IMG/VR virus record: IMGVR_UViG_3300013939_000002
Span: 1 to 64,000 of that record
Length of the DNA stretch: 64,000 nt
From: a virus
Strand: one strand, 5' to 3'
Part shown: positions 52,451 through 61,669 of the stretch, one piece after another
Layout of the letters: the number at the start of each line of letters is the position of its first letter
Position numbering within the stretch: position 1 is the first letter of the stretch
Translations under genes and position numbers: made by a program
Notes under the pieces: generated by a model
What the model was told of the DNA's origin: nothing
Seen by the model: only the letters and a program-made list of their open reading frames with translations
Databases searched by the model: none

Positions 52451-53539
52451 TTAGTAAGGGATATTATCTCCATCATTATCCTTTCCAAAACCTTCACTGC
52501 TCTTCAACATCTTGACCAAATCTTTGAGATGTGGATCATAGTTCTGAGGAAACAACATCATATGAAGAATAGCTAATGGGCCTTCCATCCTGTTAAAGCT
52601 TGAGAACAAATCATGTTGATTAAATTTCATATTACTTAAGATATTCAGCTTAGAATCAAATGTCAAGAGTCGAATATCCTGCATCTTATCTGCTGCTGAA
52701 GCTTTAGACTTGTCAAATTCAAATGTATAACTTTGTTGTTTAAACTCTTGAAACTTAACGTCATCTGGATCATCTTTCAAACAAGAAACAAGATATTCAT
52801 AAGGAACGCTTGTTGTCATTTCTAATTCTTGTCGCTTTGGAGCATCATCAAAATTCAAAACAGGATCTGTTTCCATTGCTTTAGAAACTAATTCTAATGC
52901 TTTATCAGAATCAAAAGCTTCGTTCTCAGGCCACAACATAATTTCTAACAATGCAGTTAATGAGTACATCCCACCAAGATGTTTGATAAATTCTTCCTTG
53001 GTGCTTAAATCTAACTTAGCAACTGTGAAACCAAGTTTTCGCATTTCACCTGTTGAAATTTTATAACCACGAGACAAATATTTATTGATACGCAACAAGC
53101 TCACCAAAGGAAATGCTGTCTTTGGATTAAAACTTAGTCGCTTTAGTGCCAAATCTTTAAAGAAGTCTTCACCAAAAACAAACTCTTCTGTCTCAAAGAC
53201 ATAACAACCTGTATTAATACTAAAATCAAAACTGTCAAAGATCTGTTGTGGATTATCAAAATAATCAAAATAAATGCACTGGATTGTTCGATAACTATAA
53301 CGACTCGTATTAATTGTCAGTGTAGCTGCTTTGTCCGTACAGCTTACAATAAACGGACTATTATCATCAATAAACTGTGCCAATGTTTTTGCTGAATCAA
53401 AATATAAATCTAAATCATTGATTGCTTGCCCAGAGAAAATAGATGTAATTGCTCCACCAGCAAGATAAACTCCTGATTTTGGCATCTCGATGTCATTAAA
53501 ACAATTCTTAATTGCTTGTTTGTAGTAATCTAAATTCAT
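52451..53539 (-). CDS. class II (CCA/poly(A) polymerase-type) nucleotidyltransferase head-domain protein, no HD domain
   Basis: ATG 53539 after CAAGGAAATAAA; LAGGAITSIFSGQAINDLDLYF (GG..DxD) and FDFSINTG (cf. RDxTIN of CCA enzymes). Confidence 0.55.
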   Translation of the reverse strand: MNLDYYKQAIKNCFNDIEMPKSGVYLAGGAITSIFSGQAINDLDLYFDSAKTLAQFIDDNSPFIVSCTDKAATLTINTSRYSYRTIQCIYFDYFDNPQQIFDSFDFSINTGCYVFETEEFVFGEDFFKDLALKRLSFNPKTAFPLVSLLRINKYLSRGYKISTGEMRKLGFTVAKLDLSTKEEFIKHLGGMYSLTALLEIMLWPENEAFDSDKALELVSKAMETDPVLNFDDAPKRQELEMTTSVPYEYLVSCLKDDPDDVKFQEFKQQSYTFEFDKSKASAADKMQDIRLLTFDSKLNILSNMKFNQHDLFSSFNRMEGPLAILHMMLFPQNYDPHLKDLVKMLKSSEGFGKDNDGDNIPY

Positions 53540-53555
53540 TTTATTTCCTTGTGTT

Positions 53556-53966
53556 TTAAAAGTTAGGTTTATTATCAACCATCAAGTACAATCTGTCAAG
53601 CAACTCTTCTTCAGAAATTTTAGAATCAAGACAATCTTTCATCAAATAATAAATTGTCCATACAAAATCTGGAACCTGTGAGTTTAACATCTTTAGTAGA
53701 GTTTTATCTTCTATTGATAAATCTTTAGGATTCAAGACATTATCTGAATCAATTTTTATATTACGTTCAATTATACCACAATGATCAAAATCATAGCAAC
53801 TTCTCAAATGTGAAGCCTCTATACAGCCTTCCACACCAACACCATAACAATCTAGCTTATAAGATAAAGTTAGAATTTCGGTTCCGGATTGACAAAACTT
53901 TGTGATTAAAGCAAAAGTAATATCACGGTGCTCAAATGGATTAATAGTATCTAAGATCGATGCCAC
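53556..53966 (-). CDS. hypothetical protein
   Basis: Track ORF. Confidence 0.6.
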   Translation of the reverse strand: MASILDTINPFEHRDITFALITKFCQSGTEILTLSYKLDCYGVGVEGCIEASHLRSCYDFDHCGIIERNIKIDSDNVLNPKDLSIEDKTLLKMLNSQVPDFVWTIYYLMKDCLDSKISEEELLDRLYLMVDNKPNF

Positions 53967-54328
53967 TTCTTTCTATCCTCTTTGCCATAAGCATAAATCT
54001 TATTGCATAACTGTTTCTTATAAGTCTTAAACAAACTGTCAATTTCAGAATCAGAGAATCCATAGACCATTTGCAAGTATGCGCGATCTTCATCACAGAC
54101 ACCTTTAATGTTGAAACGTGTCAAACTGTTCTTTAGTGTATCCACCCTGTGCTGATATTCTTCCCTAATCTCAGTGGCATCTAACCACCACACACCTCTG
54201 TATTCGGGAAGTCTTATCGGTAATCCACACTTAATAACAAAAGCCTCTCCCACTAAAATGTCATACCCTTCCTTTCTATATTCATCTGACATAGAAGATT
54301 CCTTATTCTGCATATCGATCATATTCAA
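53951..54328 (-). CDS. hypothetical protein
   Basis: Track ORF. Confidence 0.6.
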   Translation of the reverse strand: MNMIDMQNKESSMSDEYRKEGYDILVGEAFVIKCGLPIRLPEYRGVWWLDATEIREEYQHRVDTLKNSLTRFNIKGVCDEDRAYLQMVYGFSDSEIDSLFKTYKKQLCNKIYAYGKEDRKKWHRS

Positions 54329-55784
54329 TATATTTAAAACTTAAATCACCAAAAACATGTTCCATATTTCTTTCTGTTGAGACAATAATAACTTGTTTTT
54401 CAAATTGTTTCCATTGTTCTTTATTCAAATTAAAATAACAGTCTGTAAAGATAACAATACGATCTGACTTCTTTAACTTCTGTGATTTCAGGAAAGGCAA
54501 CAAACAATCTGGTGCTGTGCCACCACCCCCAACGAACTCATAATCCGATGATTCACGTTTGTTTTTCTTTGTATAAACTCGCAAACTATCCTGATAGAAT
54601 TGTGTATCCCAACAGCCTACTGTTAATTCAAAAGATTTATACATATCCATAATGCCTAACGTTTCAGATAACATCATGGTTCGTTCTCGGTTTCCAATGC
54701 TTCCAGACATATCATAAAACACAAATGCACGTGCCATAGGTTCAGGTTTCTTTCCTGCTTTATACAAGCCAAGACGACTATCTAACATATTATTCTGGTG
54801 CATAAAGTTTGTTAATCCATGAATATTTCGGCACAGTTTCTTTGGATCTTTCTCTGATTTAACCAACCCTGTTAACGTTTTGCGCAAGATTCGTTTCCAA
54901 TTAATAACTGGTTTTTGTGCCTTGAGTTTTTCTAACAACGAACCACCACAACCTTTTCCGATTTCTTTTGCTGTCTTAACAAAAGCATCACGAAGTCGGC
55001 TGTTGTTTAATTCTACACTGCTATCAGGATTAGAACCATTAGCACTATCTTTTGACTCTTCTGAACCTTCCATTGGTTTATCTGGCAAACCAAGAACATC
55101 ACGAATATAACGTTCTAAATCAGAAGGTTTGTTTGAACCTCCCATATTTCCATCAGAACCGTACATATGGTCATCTAATGGTTGCCCTTCTTTGCCTTTA
55201 TTCTGTTGCTGTTGTTGCAACAAATCTTCATAGATTTTCTCTGAGAACCAACTTTCAGGGACATACTTTTCATCAAAACATAATAGTTTAAAAACAGGTT
55301 CGGCTTTCATAGCTGCTGCATAACTTCCATAAATTAATTTGGCTGCATCAGCATTGATTCGATAATCTGCTGCTTGGTTGAATAGTTGTTTATCTCGTGT
55401 TCCAACACGAACAAAATGATCATGCAAACAATGCCCAATCTCATGCACAAAGCCAAACTGCAAGAAAGATTGTGATTTCTTGCTATACATTAACTTAAAC
55501 TTATCTTCTGATTCTTGATTCCAGAAAGGGCTTTGACGCGACTCAAGAACCAACTTATCTAATTGCTTTTGTTCTAAACCCAAGACAAACAACGGATTAA
55601 AATACAGATAAGAGCCATCTGTTGCAAAGGTTGGAAGATAATCTACGGCTTTGAGTTGCAAGTTTGTAGAAACAATCCCATAAAGTTTAATATCTTCTTT
55701 CTTGTGATTAACCATTCCCAAACGTGTTCCACGCAACAAGACCGTTGCATCATCAATCTGTTTTTCTGTGATTTCAATTTTCAT
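54303..55784 (-). CDS. metallopeptidase-like domain fused to a VWA domain (DUF2201-type MoxR partner)
   Basis: HEIGHCLHDH zinc motif in the N-terminal half; MIDAS-like VFYDMSGSIG in the C-terminal half. Confidence 0.8.
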   Translation of the reverse strand: MKIEITEKQIDDATVLLRGTRLGMVNHKKEDIKLYGIVSTNLQLKAVDYLPTFATDGSYLYFNPLFVLGLEQKQLDKLVLESRQSPFWNQESEDKFKLMYSKKSQSFLQFGFVHEIGHCLHDHFVRVGTRDKQLFNQAADYRINADAAKLIYGSYAAAMKAEPVFKLLCFDEKYVPESWFSEKIYEDLLQQQQQNKGKEGQPLDDHMYGSDGNMGGSNKPSDLERYIRDVLGLPDKPMEGSEESKDSANGSNPDSSVELNNSRLRDAFVKTAKEIGKGCGGSLLEKLKAQKPVINWKRILRKTLTGLVKSEKDPKKLCRNIHGLTNFMHQNNMLDSRLGLYKAGKKPEPMARAFVFYDMSGSIGNRERTMMLSETLGIMDMYKSFELTVGCWDTQFYQDSLRVYTKKNKRESSDYEFVGGGGTAPDCLLPFLKSQKLKKSDRIVIFTDCYFNLNKEQWKQFEKQVIIVSTERNMEHVFGDLSFKYIEYDRYAE

Positions 55785-56164
55785 AACAAATCCTCAATAT
55801 TCTCTAAAACTAACTGCTCTAATTCTGATGTAGCAATTTGATTTGTATGTAGTTTATACAATCCTATAATAAATTTCAAGTATTTCTGAGGAATATTATT
55901 GACCATGAAAGTAAGTTCCCATTCTTGGTCTTGTATTACATTCTTGTCAACAAACATCACTTTCGGAAATATTAAACTAATACTGTGATCCTGCCCACCA
56001 TCATATTCAGAAAAACACCAAAACCATACCTTTGCTATGTCATTTGTAAGTCTAATTTCTATAAAATTTTCTATCTGGCAGTACTCCACGTCTCTTATTT
56101 TTATACAAGCTTTACCAGATGAGTAATTAATGGTATTAACAATATATCTTCCATTGCTTTTCAT
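55781..56164 (-). CDS. hypothetical protein (paralog of the next gene?)
   Basis: ATG 56164 after TTGGAGAATAAA; C-terminus resembles that of 56166..56564. Confidence 0.6.
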   Translation of the reverse strand: MKSNGRYIVNTINYSSGKACIKIRDVEYCQIENFIEIRLTNDIAKVWFWCFSEYDGGQDHSISLIFPKVMFVDKNVIQDQEWELTFMVNNIPQKYLKFIIGLYKLHTNQIATSELEQLVLENIEDLL

Positions 56165-56165
56165 T

Positions 56166-56564
56166 TTATTCTCCAAGAATCTTATCGACAATCTTAAACA
56201 ATTCTTCTTTTGTTATAACACCTTTACAACTTAGATACAAATTATAATAAATCTCTAGGTCTCGCATAGAACAATTCCAGTTTTCTGTCATGTGACAACA
56301 TACGAGATCTTGAAAAGTGATTACTGCTTCTGTAGATCGGGTACTTACGGAGTAGTTACCTGAATGAAAAACATAATCCTCGGAAAAACCTCTTGAACAG
56401 AATTTCAAAGGTTCCTCTAACACGCTACCTCCATCTACCAACTCAAACTCTATACCTTCATTATCTGCATTATTATATTTTATTTCTATCCTATAAATTC
56501 CCATTCCAGAATCGCAGCCGTACTCTTCCGGCTCATACTTATAAACCTTATAACTTCTGCTCAT
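56166..56564 (-). CDS. hypothetical protein
   Basis: ATG 56564 after TTGGAGAACAAG; in frame with the track ORF. Confidence 0.6.
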   Translation of the reverse strand: MSRSYKVYKYEPEEYGCDSGMGIYRIEIKYNNADNEGIEFELVDGGSVLEEPLKFCSRGFSEDYVFHSGNYSVSTRSTEAVITFQDLVCCHMTENWNCSMRDLEIYYNLYLSCKGVITKEELFKIVDKILGE

Positions 56565-56652
56565 CTTGTTCTCCAAATAATAAAAGGCTACCATTCCTGA
56601 TAGCCTTAAGTTTAGTATCTCTTTAATTGAGTGTCAACAGCTATTTTGTAGT

Positions 56653-57825
56653 TTATGCTGCTTGTTTCATCAAATCTTCAAACTGTTTGTTGAACTGTGT
56701 ATACTTAACCAAAATATTTGTGAAAGTTGGGCAACCTTGGCGGATTTGCATCAAGAAACTATCATTGTTTGTTTCTTTGCCCAGATTGGAAAGTTTTCCA
56801 ACCATACTAACCATAATCTCTTGTTCTTCAATCAAATTGTTTGACAAGAAATTAACAAAGTTGACACCTTGTTTAACTGCTTTATCTTTATCAGATGTCA
56901 ATGTTTGTCGCAAATGATACAGACAACTATTGAGAACACTATAAATCCCTGCTAAACCAACAGTTTTAACATCAATCTTTCCGTTAAACATTCCTTCCAG
57001 AATCACATCAGCTCGTGGAAGTTTAATACTGCTTTCATATTTAGGCCAAACTTTCAAGAACTTGTTATCACCAATAACACCGTTAATCCCCACTTCCATA
57101 ATTTTTTGTGAGATATGCCCTGCTTGATAAGCATAACAAATATCGCTGGCTTTCTTCATAGAACGACCTGATGCAAAACTTGGGCAATCTGTTTTAGAAC
57201 CATACTCATAAAGTTCATCAGGAAAATCGTAAACATATTCATAAATAGCTGGATGAATATTAACAAGACTTGCATAATCTTCCCGCCAATGATCTGCTAA
57301 TGGTTCCAATTCACAAATAATCAGACGGTTTGCTAATGGCCCTAGAAGTTCTGTTGATTCTCCTGCATCATGAATCCGGTTTCCTGCAAGAACAACTTGC
57401 ATTTTAGGAGGCAAAGCGTAATTGCCCACTTTGTGTTCATGCGTAATCTGATATAACAAGTGTTGCATATCCGTATCAACAATGTTAGTAACTTCATCCA
57501 AGAACAAGATGCCTTCCCACTTTGGATCAAGAGGAATCAATGTAGGTCGGGAATGTCGCATAACAACATCATCACCAACCAATGTTGGGACACCTTGACC
57601 AACCAAATCTGTTACAGAATAGTGGCTTAGGATAAGTGTACAAATATTCCCGTTATATTCTTTTTGAGCAAATTGGTTTGTAATTTCTGTCTTGCCACAA
57701 CCCGCTGGACTAAGAATACATACAGTACTTTTAATCTCTTTCCCCATTTTCAACACATCAAACATATCTCGTGTATTGATTCGAGTTTCAAACAACCAGT
57801 TTGTCTTTTTAGAATTGTTGCTCAT
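56653..57825 (-). CDS. MoxR/CbbQ-type AAA+ ATPase
   Basis: Walker A SPAGCGKTE, Walker B ILFLDEV, sensor region LAGNRIHD. Confidence 0.85.
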   Translation of the reverse strand: MSNNSKKTNWLFETRINTRDMFDVLKMGKEIKSTVCILSPAGCGKTEITNQFAQKEYNGNICTLILSHYSVTDLVGQGVPTLVGDDVVMRHSRPTLIPLDPKWEGILFLDEVTNIVDTDMQHLLYQITHEHKVGNYALPPKMQVVLAGNRIHDAGESTELLGPLANRLIICELEPLADHWREDYASLVNIHPAIYEYVYDFPDELYEYGSKTDCPSFASGRSMKKASDICYAYQAGHISQKIMEVGINGVIGDNKFLKVWPKYESSIKLPRADVILEGMFNGKIDVKTVGLAGIYSVLNSCLYHLRQTLTSDKDKAVKQGVNFVNFLSNNLIEEQEIMVSMVGKLSNLGKETNNDSFLMQIRQGCPTFTNILVKYTQFNKQFEDLMKQAA

Positions 57826-57878
57826 CTATTTTCTCCTGTTAAACCAATATTTAAAATATAAAGTTAGTAACTATAATA

Positions 57879-58136
57879 CTAAAGTTTTTCTGACTTTTCA
57901 AGCAATCCTATATTACCATAAAAGATAAGTGTTAGTGTTAAATTCCAAATAGAATTAAACCAGTAATCAGGAGGTAATGTTGCCTCGGGATGGATTGCGG
58001 TGTAACCCAATGTAGCTCCTGCCATAATAACCCCACCACCATAGCCCACACTCGTTATACCAAAAATCATAACTAGTGTAGCCATAAAAGTTAAGGCACA
58101 TATAACCAGATTCAGAAGCTTGACCTTTTTCTTCAT
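57879..58136 (-). CDS. membrane protein
   Basis: Track ORF; three hydrophobic segments. Confidence 0.6.
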   Translation of the reverse strand: MKKKVKLLNLVICALTFMATLVMIFGITSVGYGGGVIMAGATLGYTAIHPEATLPPDYWFNSIWNLTLTLIFYGNIGLLEKSEKL

Positions 58137-58169
58137 AATAAAGACTCACAGTTCGTTTTCAATAAGGTT

Positions 58170-58198
58170 ACTATAATCATTCTGTTTTGCTTTTGCAA
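58170..58198 (-). promoter_or_regulatory. sigma70-like promoter TTGCAA-17-TATAGT
   Basis: Minus strand hexamers at 58198-93 and 58175-70. Confidence 0.8.
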
Positions 58199-58217
58199 GA
58201 ACTATTTTCAAATTTTC

Positions 58218-59006
58218 TTAAATTTTATATTCTAGGTTATAAAACAACGGTTTATGTCCATGCACCATTTCATAAAGAGCAACGTCTTCTTCTGTTAACT
58301 TTCGTCCATTTAGTTTTCCAAAGAATCTGTCCAATTCAGGATAATCAAACATGTTATTGAAATCCATAATAAAACCTACTCGGGAGTTTCCGTCCTGTTT
58401 ATGTCTAACAATAATGTCACCTCTTGAGCAGTCAAGAAGAAATTGTGAGGTACTAAAAGAATGTCGGTCGATAACCCATGCATTATCTATGTTATCTATA
58501 AATTGTTCAGCAATATGTTCAATTAGACGGTAGCGAAAGCTCTTATAGTTTCCTCTACACAGAAATGAACACAAAGAAGTAAACAGCCGTTTAGAATCTA
58601 CTGAACTCAATGTTCTAGCACTAAGTGTTACAGTTCCATTTCCAACAAAAAGTTGATGATACTGACCAATACTTTGAAGAGATTCCTTGTAACGCGTATC
58701 TGACCACAGCTCTTGCCGTTTTACAATTTCGTAGTTGCTGTATTCTTGTAAGTCAGTTAGAATCCTTAGACCTAAATCCACCCTAAAGTTTGAACCGTAG
58801 TAATGAGGTTCAAACGGATCGGTCAACCTGTAACTAGGAGCTATCTCTTCATGCTCCAATATTGTTTTGTAAATGTACTCCCATTCTTTAACTGTTTCAA
58901 ACCACCATCTTAATGTTTCTTCTTGGCGTGCCCGTTCCATAATTGCATGTCCTTCATAAAAACTTCTGGCATCTTGGGACATATCCCAAGGATTCGTAGT
59001 TGCCAC
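58218..59006 (-). CDS. hypothetical protein (first gene of the minus-strand block)
   Basis: Track ORF. Confidence 0.65.
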   Translation of the reverse strand: MATTNPWDMSQDARSFYEGHAIMERARQEETLRWWFETVKEWEYIYKTILEHEEIAPSYRLTDPFEPHYYGSNFRVDLGLRILTDLQEYSNYEIVKRQELWSDTRYKESLQSIGQYHQLFVGNGTVTLSARTLSSVDSKRLFTSLCSFLCRGNYKSFRYRLIEHIAEQFIDNIDNAWVIDRHSFSTSQFLLDCSRGDIIVRHKQDGNSRVGFIMDFNNMFDYPELDRFFGKLNGRKLTEEDVALYEMVHGHKPLFYNLEYKI

Positions 59007-59042
59007 TGTTGTTCTCCTATAACTGTTTTCAAAGTTACGAAC

Positions 59043-59071
59043 AGTTTAGTCTCCCTCTAGTATGTTGTCAA
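59043..59071 (-). promoter_or_regulatory. sigma70-like promoter TTGACA-17-TAAACT
   Basis: Minus strand hexamers at 59071-66 and 59048-43; part of the divergent control region. Confidence 0.65.
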
Positions 59072-59107
59072 CAACTTTCTTCGTACAAACAAAATATCAG
59101 AAAACGC

Positions 59108-59135
59108 TTGATTTTCTAAGCATAAACTGTACAAT
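59108..59135 (+). promoter_or_regulatory. sigma70-like promoter TTGATT-16-TACAAT
   Basis: TTGATT 59108-13, 16-nt spacer, TACAAT 59130-35. Confidence 0.65.
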
Positions 59136-59275
59136 AGGTTAAATGTTGTTGAGAATCCATACCTATAGTCCGAGGAGGAAATCATGTAGAATATAGTCAA
59201 AACACAAACTGGTAATAAGAGGTTAGTCCCAAATGTTATAAACAATATAGTTTTAATATCTTTTAAGAGGAACAA

Positions 59276-59644
59276 ATGGAAACAAACAAAAATACAAACA
59301 ATGCTGTTGACGAGTTCATTGGAATGTGTATGATGAGCATCACTTATATTCACAGCGCACATTTTGCAACCAACAGTTATGCGCAACACAAGGCATTAGG
59401 TGAATTTTATACAGAAATGGAAGATTTGATTGATACCTTTGTTGAAGTTAACATTGGCATTACAGGAACTTATACACCTACATTACAAACTGAAACATCA
59501 ATTGAACCTGTTTCTTATATTAAAAGCATTGCAGATATGGGAACAGACATATATGATAGTGTGAATACATCGTTGCAAAGCATCATTGATGAAATCAAAG
59601 TTCTTTGCTATCAAACAATTTATAAGTTGACAAAGCTTCACTGA
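59276..59644 (+). CDS. four-helix-bundle protein, possibly Dps/ferritin-like (tentative)
   Basis: HSAHFATNSYAQHKALGEFYTEMEDLIDTFVE loosely resembles the Dps helix pair; weak call. Confidence 0.35.
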   Translation: METNKNTNNAVDEFIGMCMMSITYIHSAHFATNSYAQHKALGEFYTEMEDLIDTFVEVNIGITGTYTPTLQTETSIEPVSYIKSIADMGTDIYDSVNTSLQSIIDEIKVLCYQTIYKLTKLH

Positions 59645-59710
59645 TAGTTTAAAGTCTAACATAACAAGTCGAGGCTCCTTGTGAGCCTCTTTTAAAGGAG
59701 GAGAAAAGAT

Positions 59711-59911
59711 ATGACTTATATGGTTAAAGTTTATAAAGATTATGAACACATGCAGAATGCGCAGTTCAGCCCATGTCTAGGTATGGTCTTTGGGAATGTA
59801 GTTGATGGCCCAAAAGAATCCGCAGTTGGTGGCTGGCGCATCCAAACAGAAGATAAAAAGAAATTCTTGTTTCCGAAAGATGTTTACTTGGTGGTTGAAG
59901 AGAAGGAATAA
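59711..59911 (+). CDS. hypothetical protein
   Basis: Track ORF; AAGGAGGAGAAAAGAT RBS. Confidence 0.6.
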   Translation: MTYMVKVYKDYEHMQNAQFSPCLGMVFGNVVDGPKESAVGGWRIQTEDKKKFLFPKDVYLVVEEKE

Positions 59912-59913
59912 CA

Positions 59914-60117
59914 ATGAACAATTATGAAATCACTATTCGCTTAGTAATTCACGAAGTCTTTGATGTTGTCGAGGAAATAGTAGCTGTCAACACCTTTAAA
60001 TCAACATCATATGATGTAGCATGTGCATATGCTAACTCCCTAGCTGAGAGTATGGGGCAACATTACCAGTTTGATTCACGTATGGATTTCTTCTCCGCCT
60101 CAGTAAAAGAAATTTGA
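59914..60117 (+). CDS. hypothetical protein
   Basis: Track ORF. Confidence 0.6.
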   Translation: MNNYEITIRLVIHEVFDVVEEIVAVNTFKSTSYDVACAYANSLAESMGQHYQFDSRMDFFSASVKEI

Positions 60118-60126
60118 TTAGGAGTT

Positions 60127-60390
60127 ATGACAATGAAGTTATTATACGAAAATTCAGAGTTTAAAGTTTATGATTTTAACAATCGATCTATTACTTTAAC
60201 TAAATTATTTGATGACCAACACAGTTTCAACATGTATATTAAAACTGAGGATAATTGTATTTTACCAGCAGAGTTGGAATTAGATTATGGTTGTAAGTTG
60301 CCAACATATCTTTTCCGTGTTAATGTTTGTGGGACAGATGTTTATATTTCACCCAGTGAAGTTGTTGAGATTTGGGAGAAGAAACAATGA
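60127..60390 (+). CDS. hypothetical protein
   Basis: Track ORF. Confidence 0.6.
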   Translation: MTMKLLYENSEFKVYDFNNRSITLTKLFDDQHSFNMYIKTEDNCILPAELELDYGCKLPTYLFRVNVCGTDVYISPSEVVEIWEKKQ

Positions 60391-60602
60391 AACTTTCACA
60401 AACAGAATTAGACAACTATATTAACATTGCTGTTCAACAAGTTGCAGCTAATCCGTACTATCGTTTTGGACAAGCACTGTGGAATATTCTTCCTAATGAA
60501 GTTACAGACAAGCTTCATGGAAAGAAAGAGCTTGACTTCTTTTACTGGACAGATGATGATGCAGTTATGGAAGTTGTTGTGGAATATCTCTTGGAGAAAT
60601 AA
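60387..60602 (+). CDS. hypothetical protein
   Basis: ATG 60387 (ATGA overlap) after GGGAGAAGAAACA; in frame with track ORF 60372..60602. Confidence 0.6.
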   Translation: MKLSQTELDNYINIAVQQVAANPYYRFGQALWNILPNEVTDKLHGKKELDFFYWTDDDAVMEVVVEYLLEK

Positions 60603-60604
60603 TT

Positions 60605-60823
60605 GTGGACAATACCAAATTAAACTATTATACTCATCTAGCATCTTATGATTTATCAACACAATTAGAAAATTTAAGTGTTGACAAGATTCGAAAAATG
60701 ATTAGCATAACTGTTGATCGAATTGTTGACATCAACAATGAACTTCAAGATTTGCATTTTCATCTTGATAGTTTGAATCGCATTGTAGAAACTAAACAGG
60801 AAACAGCAAATGAAGTCGATTAA
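60605..60823 (+). CDS. hypothetical protein
   Basis: Track ORF with GTG start. Confidence 0.55.
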   Translation: MDNTKLNYYTHLASYDLSTQLENLSVDKIRKMISITVDRIVDINNELQDLHFHLDSLNRIVETKQETANEVD

Positions 60824-61085
60824 AACAGTTGCTATTGGATTAAGCATCATGTTATTATCTAGTTGTGGTCAGACAGCAGATAATTTAGAAATAAAAGCTG
60901 GAGAGGCGTATTGTAAGAGTCAGAATAGTTCTCTACAGAAAATAGATAAAACCTTTGACGGGAAAACATTTGTAAAATGCACCAATGGGAAATTTGATTA
61001 TCTAACTGAACATTTGATTCAGTACAAGAACAAACTTATTGCCAACACGGACAAAGAAGGTCAGGATGAGATTAAAAATCACTAG
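60810..61085 (+). CDS. lipoprotein, paralog A
   Basis: Signal peptide plus lipobox IMLLSSC; Cys pattern shared with the next gene. Confidence 0.7.
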   Translation: MKSIKTVAIGLSIMLLSSCGQTADNLEIKAGEAYCKSQNSSLQKIDKTFDGKTFVKCTNGKFDYLTEHLIQYKNKLIANTDKEGQDEIKNH

Positions 61086-61293
61086 ATTATTGATTGTGCC
61101 CATGTTGCTCTCACTTTCTGGTTGTTTCTGGCAAAAGATTGATAATGTAGAGATTGAGAAAGCGCAATCATTGTGTAGTCTCTATGACAGCAAGCTTTAT
61201 TATATGACAGAAAGTATGATCGGAAAGACTGTTGCAAAGTGCGAAAATGGTGCACGAATCAATTTAGATTTTAATATGAACAAAGGAGAATAA
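61066..61293 (+). CDS. lipoprotein, paralog B
   Basis: ATG 61066 after AAGGTCAGG; MRLKITRLLIVPMLLSLSGC lipobox; in frame with track ORF 61039..61293. Confidence 0.7.
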   Translation: MRLKITRLLIVPMLLSLSGCFWQKIDNVEIEKAQSLCSLYDSKLYYMTESMIGKTVAKCENGARINLDFNMNKGE

Positions 61294-61297
61294 AATT

Positions 61298-61648
61298 ATG
61301 GCTACAATTCAACAACATCGTGAAGCATTGCAAGATCTGTTGGTTTCGGGTGTCCTGACCTCAGTTCAAGTTCAGATTATTAGCCTTGTTTATTTTGCAA
61401 ATAAGAAGGGTTATAAGCCCATTGACGGAGATATTCGAAAAGGTTTTAAAGTATATTTCAAGGAATTTGGGGACGAAGAAGATTTTATTGGTTTACAAGG
61501 TATGCAGTTCTGGTATAACTGTGGATATAAACGCCCGTATGATTTCGATCAAGATTGTATGATTGTAAAAGAAGTAGGGTTAGTTTATCATAAACGCACA
61601 ACACGAGAAATTTCTTCTCAAAAAGAATATTTGAAATTTAATTTTTAA
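61298..61648 (+). CDS. hypothetical protein
   Basis: Track ORF; AAAGGAGAATAAAATT RBS. Confidence 0.6.
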   Translation: MATIQQHREALQDLLVSGVLTSVQVQIISLVYFANKKGYKPIDGDIRKGFKVYFKEFGDEEDFIGLQGMQFWYNCGYKRPYDFDQDCMIVKEVGLVYHKRTTREISSQKEYLKFNF

Positions 61649-61669
61649 TAATTGTAATAAGGTAGATTT

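Noticed and set aside
59057-59389. Track ORF 59057..59389(-) across the divergent promoter region
   Set aside because: It overlaps both promoters and the start of the plus-strand gene 59276..59644. No RBS and a hydrophobic low-complexity product.
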